Assembly (NCBI GenBank): GCA_043228905.1
Contig: JBHGNT010000014.1
Span: 15,872,001-15,936,000, forward strand
Direction: 5' to 3'
DNA length: 64,000 nt
Origin: Azolla caroliniana
Lineage: Eukaryota > Plantae > Polypodiophyta
The translations under genes were made by a program, and so were the position numbers. The notes beneath the pieces are model-generated. The model was not told the DNA's origin. It worked only from the letters and a program-made list of their open reading frames with translations, and did not search any database. Position 1 is the first letter of the stretch. The number at the start of each line of letters is the position of its first letter. Below are positions 1-9,067 of the stretch, piece after piece.

Positions 1-1
1 T

Positions 2-3000
2 AGTAGTCTCAATATAAGCAATCCAATGGGTTTAAAAGATTTAAATGTGACAAATAGTCTGTTGTTTTCCCACAATGAAGTCATTGGCAGTGGACTTTGC
101 ATGAATAATAGTGCCACCAAAAGCAGTCCAATGGGTTTGAAAGATATAAGTGCGTCAAGGAGTAGGATGCCTTCTCACAATCAAGACATTAGCAGTGGAT
201 TTTGCATGAATAATAGTGCCACCAAAAACACCCCAATTGTCTTGAAAGATATAAGTATGACAAAGAGTCACTTTTCTTTTCACAATCGAGACATTGGTGG
301 CGATTTTACCAAGAGTAATTTAAGGGATTTGAAAGGAATAGATGCTGGTGTGCATAATAAGGCTACCAAAAGCAATCCAATGGGGTTGAATGCAATGGAT
401 GTGGCAAAGAGTTTGATGAAAGATAACAATAATGACAATGCCACCACAAGCAGTCAAATGGTATTGAAAGGACTAGATATGACTGAGAGTTTGATGGCAT
501 TCCATGATCAAGCCACAGGTAACAACTGTAGCATGTATAATAGTCTCACCAAAGATGTTGGTGTGCATAATAAAGCCACCAAAAGCAATACAGTATGTTT
601 AAAAGCAATAGATTTGGCAAATAGTTTGATGAAATATGAGCACCAAGACAAGGGTTACAACTCTGAAATGTGTAGCAATGCTAACAAAAGCAGTCAAATA
701 GGCTTGAAAGGACTAGATAAGGCCGACAGTTTGATGGAATTCCATGATCGAGCCAGGGATGATGACTCTAGCATGTATAGTAGTTCCACCAAAGATGTTG
801 GCGTGTATAATAATGCCAGCAAAAGCAATCCAATGGTTTTGAAAGCAATAGAAGTAGCAAGGAGTTCGATGAAATATCACAATCAAGAGAAGGGCTACAA
901 CACTGAAATATATAGCAATGCTAGAAAAAGCAGTGAAATGAGCTTGAAAGGACTAGATATAATCGAGAGTTTGATGGCATTCCATGATCGAGCCAAGGGT
1001 AATGACTCTAACATGTATAGTTGTACCAAAAGCATTAACCTAATGTGTGATCATAAAAGTAAAGTAAAAACAGAGGTGTTGATGGAGTCTGAAGTAGAAC
1101 ATGATGCGTGCCATGTGTCTTGTGCAAGACAAAAAATTTCCAAAGTTAACGGTGAAATGCACATTGTAACAGCTGAAGCGAAAAGATCAAAGGTTCAACC
1201 TGATTTTGATGACACAAGAAGTTTAGAACCCTTACAGAATGATGATCATGGTTATGACTCTAGGACATGTGGTGCTACCATGGAAAGCAGTCTGAGTGAT
1301 AGAGGTATAGATAAAATAAGAACAGGCAGAAAAGAATCAGTCTTAAGGGTGCCGATATGTTTTCATTCAAGGAAAGCTTTTGAATATAATCTTAAAGCCA
1401 TTCTTTCAGCTCCATTCAATGCCATTGAGCTAAGAGATAAATGGGAAAATGTAAGATGCCGCAGAATGGTCTGCAAGAGTGTGGAGACAGGAGTAGGGAC
1501 ATCTGATTTGCCAACAAAAAGACTGGGTCTCTCTTACATTGACTACTATCCAGGTGTGCAAATTATTAAAAGCACTTGACTTGGTTTTCTGTAGGTAAGT
1601 TTCTCTTTATTACTAAGTCAAACAAACTTACATCGATCCTGAAGAGTCTGATATGTATTTTAAAGGTTGTCTGGTAATAGATTACATTTTTAAGGGCTAA
1701 TGTCCAAAGCAAATCTCGAAGTTTGAACATTTGTATTTTGCATAGTGTGATTCCATTTTTAAAGCTAATGTCGAATATAAATAGATGAATAGTTTCCTTA
1801 TATGTTCATATGTATAAGATCTTCTAATCTCCAAAGGAGAGACTTGTTTTACAAGAAGCTTAGGGATTGTTTTTTGAATCTTAGAATAGCATTTCTCATG
1901 ATTTGAATCAAAGAATCAGGAAAACAGAAAGCGATTAGGATAGGTGTGATCGGCTGAAGTGAATAATAAACATATGCGCTTATAGAAAGGAATTTCAAAA
2001 TTTGAAGGCAGACTTGTTTGTATGGAATTTAGAACATTTATTGTCATGATTTTTGCAGACTTTGCATCTAGGCTCACAGCAAACACCTCTCCAGAAGAGA
2101 AGCTTAGACTTTTGCGTGGTTTCTTCTTTTGGCTCGAGGTAATCCATTTTTCTAGAGCTTCAGCATGTTCTCTTTCTCTCTTTTTTTCTTTTGGATTTGT
2201 AATCATGTGCAACTTATGAAGGACTCACCATACCCAAAAACGGAAAACGTTGAATAGAAGATAATTTGAGTAAGGGTACCTCTGCTATAATGATCTTACA
2301 ATCAATAACAGTTTTGTTTTCGTGAGGTCTGGACATTAAAACTGAGAAGAGGATGAATAAGGAAGTAAAAATAAAAGTTAACTTCTTCATAAGAAAACAT
2401 GGACTTATCTTATAGACCATATGAAAGAAAATTGTACATTCTTTGATGGAATACATAATTGAATCCTTTATTATGTGCTCAGCATGCTGGCACTTCTGGT
2501 GCATTCAAACCATGGGTAGAGAAGGAAAAAGAAGATCCAGAATGTATCGAGCTTGATGGTCCTGATTGTGAGGTATATATATCCTGACTCTTTGTTGCGT
2601 CGAACGAACAATTAGAGCTACATAATAATTTTAAAAACAAGCAAACTGGGCGTGCATGGAAAACCTCTACTTGTAACAAGAAATTTTTATCATTGAAAAT
2701 AAAATATTATTCTGATCATGTTCATGTTGGTACACTGTGCACCTTTGTAACAGTTTCCTGTCAATTTTGATTTGGAAAATTAGCAGTAAAAATAACTGTT
2801 TTGTCTTAAAGTGTTTCGGTTTTTTTTTCTATCATAGAGGCATTACATGAATGGATTCTTTTCAACTTCAAATATCTTGATATTTTATTAATCTTCAAAG
2901 ACATAGTTCTTGCTTGATCTACATTGAGCCGTTCCTTCCTACCATGGTGTTTAATAATCACCAAAACCTTTTACGGATGTAATGTTTATTGTGCCATGCT

Positions 3001-3259
3001 AACTGCAATCAATTTTATACTTAAAATCATTTGCCAGATCCTTGGAGAGGTGATATCTGTGGATGATGATGACCAGGGTGGATCCGAAACCATGATTTGT
3101 ATGGGAAATGAAAATGCTACAAGGCCAAACATGGATTTTGGACGACATTTTGTGCTTGACTGGGATTCTGAGGATATGAAACCAACAGTGAAAAGATGCC
3201 TTCGTATGCCGGTTTCCTCGCAATCGCTAAAGCAAGCGAAGGAAGAGTGTGACTATTGA
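2..3259 (+). CDS. 5'-partial uncharacterised plant protein: N-terminal tandem repeats plus C-terminal SYIDYYPD...LLRGFFFWL...GAFKPW domain (At1g21560/PTHR34194-like)
   Basis: The frame is open from the window start. GT-AG exons <2-1553, 2059-2138, 2483-2572 and 3038-3259 join in frame (...SYIDYYP/DFASRL...LLRGFFFWLE/HAGTSGAFKPW...DCE/ILGEVIS...CDY*). Family name is from recalled motif similarity. Confidence 0.75.
60..1030 (+). repeat. Coding tandem repeats: ~105 bp/35 aa units and a higher-order 240 bp/80 aa unit
   Basis: aataatagtgccaccaaaa occurs at 104 and 209. aaagatgttgg(t/c)gtg(c/t)ataa occurs at 551 and 791. The peptide NxATKSxxMxLKxxD recurs. Confidence 0.85.
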
Positions 3260-4179
3260 TGGAGAGCATTTTTGGCTGTGGATCATTATTAACATATTTT
3301 GCTTCCCCTATCTATGTACATATATTGAAGAAGGGGATAACTTTTAACTTAATGTGGGATTAGCAAGTGTAAATATAGATAATCCAAACAGTATACACAC
3401 ATATGTATGAATGTACAGTTTTTGTGCCATATATATCGAAGTTTTGACTTACAATTTCATGATCATCTTACATGAAGTCGAGCTTTTCGATATTTACTAG
3501 TGGAAGCTGACACTGTGTTGAGTTTCTAGATATTGGTGTTTAGTACTAAAATAGATGATTTAATGCAAAAACACTTTTTGTAGCATTGATATCATAATAC
3601 TTGTATGATCCGCCATCATATCCTATTAATAATCTTCTTGACATTTAAAGTTGGAAATGTTTCGCTTACACCCTATGAGTATTTTTTGTTGCATGAAATC
3701 ATATAGTTTTGATGTGGTTTAAGTTTTTTCTGATGTTGTGGAAATAACAAGAATAAGTTTTTTTGACATTTAATAAGATTCTTGAAGTATGCAATAAAAA
3801 GGTATCAATGTTTTTATAGGATTAGGAAGAACTAATTAGGAAATTGCTATGTATATACAAAAGAAATGTGAGATGACTATAGAGAGGATGGTTGCTTGTT
3901 CAAACATGTTGAATATGAAAGGGAGTGAGCTAGGGTGGGATTCAACTAGACATGTGTACCTTGTAGTGTCAACTTTTGTAACCTATATACGCACAAGTAG
4001 TTGGTTGTTGATTGTATAAGGAAATCATTAGAATTAAACAAAAATACATTGTCTATTATTGTGTAGGAGTATATGAGCATGTGGTAATTATTTCAAACTA
4101 TATGAGCAAATGTCATGCTTAGTTGTGTACATTTGACCTATAAGGAAAGCACTAGGCCCAATGCATGTCTTTGATGGTC

Positions 4180-5378
4180 CAACACAAGTTAAAAATAATA
4201 TATTAGGTGATGATGAAAATCGATCTTCATGGGTATAGATTTCTCTCCTCTAGAGGAAGCCAAATTAGTAATACTCTCCTCAAAGAAATCAAGGACGTGT
4301 TTGTATGGAGCTATGAGGACATGAAGATGTACCACCAGAGGTAGTTATGCACACTATCCCGATGCAAGACAATACACTTCTAGTCTTCCTGATGTTGCAA
4401 GGGGTATCATAGAAGGCGAATCCTTTGTATGGTTTACTCGACAAATTTAAATAGCCAAAGGAGTGCACTAATTTGGCTATTTTAAGAAAGTCTAGCAAGG
4501 GCATTGATCTTGAAGCCACTCAATTAAGAGAAAGCCACTCAATTGAGAGATTGAGACAAAGATTTCCTTGACCAAACAAATGCTTTGTGTTTGCGATTGG
4601 TATTGTCCTAGCCAAACTAGGCAAAGATAAAATAGACTTACACATAACTTTCTCTAGCCATTAACCCAACCAAGAACAAAACAATAAGTATGATTCACTA
4701 TATCAAAAACTTTGGACACTACCTTTAGCTTGCCACTTTTCTATTTGGATCATCAATCACTATCAAACTTGATGAATAAGACATGCTCATTACGGTGGAT
4801 GTCCCATTGAATTATGTCTCTCTTCAAATTTGACTTTAGGTTCATACCTAGGAAAGGGAAGATCACATCCTTTTGTACCATTTCTCCTAGCTAGTTAGCA
4901 AAGAAGAACATAAGGGATTGATTGTTGACGAAAGGCCAAATGCTTCCTTCTTTTCTATAAATGTTTTGCTTGAGTAAGTGCCTAACATTGTTTGAGTCTT
5001 GACATGGGGGCTCCTATTCTTGTAGTAACTCCCAAAAGACATAACACGGGTGTTGTTGAAGATGTGATTCGTTTACAATGGTTAGAGGGAACTTGTACTA
5101 GAAAGGCCATGATGATGTCCTATGTAGGTTCTTGTTGGACCACATAGAAATTGAGAAAGGTCATTGTACAAGTGGTGATGAACATTTCAATGATGACATT
5201 GCATCTTGAAAGATATTGCAAGCAAGTTAGTGGTGGTTGATACTTTTTATGGATATTCATGTCTATGTAAAGAGATGTGATGAGTGTTAAAAGCACATAT
5301 ACTTTGTCAAAGTTGATTACTATACCTTGCATTAGTAGACCTAAGCACTCATTTTGAAAACAGGGGACTAACTTCACT
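4180..5378 (+). mobile_element. Highly degenerate Ty3/gypsy pol remnant
   Basis: Fragments read LLKEIKDVFVWSYEDM / PPEVVMHTIP (pre-RT), FAIGIVLA..G.D (RNase H), KILQAS.WW.ILFMDIHVYVKRCDEC (integrase Zn finger) and an FEKxG..F remnant. Many stops and frameshifts. Confidence 0.65.
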
Positions 5379-5603
5379 AATTGTTGTGACCGTAGCGTCG
5401 TGACAAGGAGTGCGAGCGAACTAGCCCAACTATTGAGATGATATGGGAAGAGTAAGAAAAGAAATAAAGCAATGATGCAAGTGAAACTAAGGTGAGTAGG
5501 ATTAGAGGTGAACAAGAGTAAAAGAGAATGAGAGAATGAGATGAAAGAAGAAGAGAAGAGTGAGTGAGAAAAAAAGAAAAGCTTAAGAAATTTTCATTAG
5601 AAA

Positions 5604-5655
5604 GACCTTGTGCAAACTAATTTTGCTCTAGGTAGAGCTCATTAGTGCCAAGGTC
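5604..5655 (-). ncRNA. Decayed minimal type I hammerhead ribozyme of the Penelope-like element
   Basis: The minus strand reads GACCTTG-GCA CTAATGA GCTCTA-CC-TAGAGC AAAA TTAG TT TGC-A-CAAGGTC. Stem I (10 bp with a bulge) and stem II (6 bp) are intact. The core differs from CTGATGA...GAAA CTAG TH only by transitions. Confidence 0.8.
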
Positions 5656-5677
5656 ATTTACAACAAGAGGGAAGGTT

Positions 5678-5700
5678 TATATATATATATATATAGAGAC

Positions 5701-5741
<41 letters not shown>
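5678..5741. repeat. (TA)n + (GA)n compound microsatellite in the PLE 3' region
   Basis: Directly visible. Confidence 0.95.
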
Positions 5742-5744
<3 letters not shown>

Positions 5745-6845
5745 GGAATTGAATGATGGGAGAGAGGGAAACGGGGATTTGTGATATGCAAAGGATTGAT
5801 AAGTGAAAGTGGGTTAGAGGGGGGTTATATGTATGTATATGATAAGTGATAGGTGGGGGTGGGCTCTAAGAAGAGGGGGATTATAGGGATGGGATATAAA
5901 AGGAATATAGTATTAAGTGGGAGTATTTATGGATTTATATTTAGTTTTGACGAGAAGGGAATGAATGGACTTAGACTTAGTCCAACATATGAAGGGTCGC
6001 GGTAGTTCGGATAGTTGGGGATGTGTGGCTAAATCCGCGTGGAGGTTTTCTAGCATGTCGTGAATTCCTAATCTAGGGGTATCTTTCGTATACCTAAGTT
6101 TGAAGATGACAGGTATAAGGGTACTTTTAGGTTTTCTACTAAATACTAGTGATTTCCTAGCGCTAAATGGGACCTTTTTATAATTCTCTAATATAAAAGA
6201 AAGGGGATATCCTCTCTTAACTAATCTACTAAAAAATAGTTTTTTCATTCGAAGGAAACCTAAGGGGGTACTTTCTCTAATTAGGTATCGTTTTAGTTCA
6301 TTAATAATAAAATGACGTTTTAAGTGAAGGGGGTGAACTGACGAGAATGAGAGATACTTGTAGGCATTTTGGGGCTTTTGGTAGCAATTAAAGGAGAAAT
6401 GTGAATTCTTTAGGTTAATCCATAAATATAAGAACAGTAATCTAAAGGGAGAAGTGGTGATGGTAATTTTGATGCAATTATTAGTGGAGGTGTTATAGAA
6501 CTGGAGGTAATTTTCTAATTCGGGTTTAGTACCCGTCCATATCCTGAATGCATCATCTATATATCTAGTGAAATAAAAAAGATTAGGGTGTGATGGTTGG
6601 GAGTTCTCTAAGTGAGCTAAGAATAGGCATGCATAAACTATAGAAAAATTACTACCCATGGTTGTACCCTTGACTTGTTGATAGATCATGTCATCAAAGG
6701 ATAGAAAGTGATATTCTAACGTGAGTGCACTAAGTGTATTGATAAGGTTAGTTTTAGAAGATGAAAAATGTGGGGCAATCATTTTTCGTAAAGCCTGAAG
6801 TCCTAACCTAGGGGGTATGCTGGGATATAAAGATTCAACATCAAA

Positions 6846-6870
6846 GGTTTAGGGTTTAGGGTTTAGGGTT
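6846..6870 (+). repeat. Interstitial plant telomeric repeat (TTTAGGG)3+
   Basis: GGTTTAGGGTTTAGGGTTTAGGGTT inside the RT coding region. Confidence 0.9.
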
Positions 6871-8757
6871 GAGATGTTCTAAAGTTTGGACAAGGGAATG
6901 TGAGTCTTTCAAATATTGCTTCTGAAGGAGAAGGATAGGCATGAGTTGGTGGTGAAGCCATTTTGATGTTTGTTCAAAAAGGGAGTTATTGTATGAGCAA
7001 ATAGGTCTAAAACCTATTGGGTTTTTATGGAGTTTTGGGAGGAAATAGACATTGCATACTTGGTACCCTTTTGAGGGTTTATGTAGTATGTAGTTGGTTT
7101 CTATGTTGGATAGGGTACCAAGATGGTTATTAACAATGCTTTTCAATCTATAGGATAATTCCTCAAGTGGATAGTGGGAGACTTTTTTATATGTATTAGT
7201 ATCGGAAAGGTGTTCTATAGCTTTGTTATAGTACGTGCCCTTATCAAGAACACACACTCCAACATTCTTGTCAGCAGTTAGGATTATGATTTTATTGTTT
7301 TTCTTAAGAGATTGTAAGGCTAGTGATAAGTGAGGTGCAATCCTAGTGGGTTTTAATTTGAGTGTATGAAGTGTGTCCCTAAAGATAGTTTGGTGTTTAG
7401 ATATAATGTTTTCTAGGGGAGTGTACTTAGTAGGAGGTTGCCAACTAGGGTTAGGTAGCTTAAAGGGATTTTGGGGCAAATTATCCACATCTTTAAAAAA
7501 ATGTTTAAGTCGAAGGGTCCTACTTAGGCTATCAAATTCTTTAAGTAGGGTAGGGGATGATGGTGGAGAAGATGGGAGGATGTGTTTCAAACCTAGGCTA
7601 AGGAGTTATGTCTCATGTTTAGAGAGGGAATAATTAGAGTGGTTGTGGATTCTACTAATTCTAGGTTTATTAAGGAGAGGTGTCCAAAATTTATTAATAG
7701 ACATGCAATCGTGTGGACATAACCACATGAAGAGGCACCCGAAGGGATTCCTTTGTGGAAATTCCCATGAAAGTTGCTTAATTCCACATAGTCTCGGTTC
7801 GTGGAAATTTCTATGAACATTTAAACTGACACACTAGGGAAGGCATCTATAATAACATGGTTAATATGCTTGCCAAATAATCAATCAACATCAAGCTTCA
7901 ATAAACTTATTCCATGAGCATACATACATATACACATACATACATACATCAGGATGGGCTTGACTAGTTGGAATCTATAATGTAACTGAGTTCTCCAAAA
8001 CAAACTTATTTCTAGTGGATACTTGATATATAGCCAATTGGCAGTTGTTACCCGGTGGGACAAGTGTGAAACGAATCAAATGGAGCCGAGCACTAGTAGC
8101 CGAATATCAAGGAAAGAACGTGTGGAAAACGCCAAGTAGAAGGGAACTATATATATTGGGGATTAGTGAACACAAAAAGAGGCAGAACAGAGAGGACTAG
8201 GAAAGGAATAGACAAGTAGAAAGTGAGTGAGGGATTACAGGGAATATTTGGTACTTGTATTTGTGTGTTACTTTTTAATCGAATATATATTTGTGGGTAA
8301 CTTCAGTGTTATGTTTCATCTATATGCTTATATAAGTTCGGTATGTGTAAAGGACGTATCTAACAATCGGTTATAGCCGATCCCGCAATATACCCCATCC
8401 AAGAGTAATAGTCTGAATTACAATCCCAAGTATTGGGAAGTCATATACCCTGTAAACGACTTCGGCTAACGATCTTGGTATGGCACCGTGACCTCAACTC
8501 TCCTTCGCACCACAATACCTTGACCCGAGTACTTAGGCGGGGTAATCGAAGGTGTTTTCTCTAGGAGGGAGTAACAATAGTCACTCGTGAGTTGCATGTA
8601 GAAGGCGTGGATGAACTTCTCTCGACGATGGCTCGTAGGCAATTCGAAGCCACGATTGCTCAAAACTCGCAGAGCCTTTTTTGTTTTGTTTTGTTTTACA
8701 TAATAAGATAAATGATCGTAGAGGAGCTTAAATTCAATTCAAACGGGAAGGCGAATC

Positions 8758-8826
8758 GGTTTAGGTTTAGGGTTTAGATTCTGGTGGTAAGTAAGGGAGA
8801 GTGTCGAGGTTTAGGTTTAGGGTTTA
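8758..8826. promoter_or_regulatory. Two telomere-like/telo-box tracts (GGTTTAGGTTTAGGGTTTA) upstream of pTAC6
   Basis: Copies at ~8758-8776 and ~8808-8826. They read AAACCCTA on the minus strand. Confidence 0.55.
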
Positions 8827-9067
8827 AGGGATTGATTAGGTTGTGTGGCTAAAAAGAGAGTTTAAGGTGGTGTGGTGTAGTTAATAGTGAGTGAGTGAGA
8901 GTGAAAGAGAAACTTTCTTTGGTTGTAGCCCCCCCCCCAAAGAAAGATTACTTTTGGAAGAAGAAAGAGAATAAAATGCTAAGAATATGTATGTATGAAT
9001 AATGAGAGTGTGATTGGATAGATAGATAGGTAGATTTATGTCTGTCTGTATGTAGAGTAGATAAACC

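Larger units (their letters stand above)
5380..7830 (-). mobile_element. Penelope-like retroelement with no GIY-YIG endonuclease (Athena/Coprina-type architecture), inactivated
   Basis: PLE RT motifs: IHNHSNYSLSKHET*LLSLGLK, ADKNVGVCVLDK..Y, YFLPKLHK..FRPICS, TFDVESLYPSIP, YQQVKGTTMGS, RYIDD, YQKP..YLSFSSVHP, LVKRGYP. The ORF stops at 5913 after the thumb region with no GIY-YIG. There is an in-frame stop near 7608 and a frameshift at 6846-6870. Element boundaries are approximate. Confidence 0.85.

Noticed and set aside
8020-8065. USE-like GTCCCACCGG followed by TATATA on the minus strand
   Set aside because: Spacing (~18 nt) is shorter than in plant Pol III snRNA promoters and no recognisable RNA follows.
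8390-8420. Group I intron R/S-like words (TCAGACTA / ATAGTC)
   Set aside because: The partner elements are not present in the right order.
8360-8830. Telomerase RNA gene
   Set aside because: No CTAAACCCT template inside the structured block on the + strand and no correctly spaced USE-TATA. The minus-strand repeats look like telo-boxes or caps.
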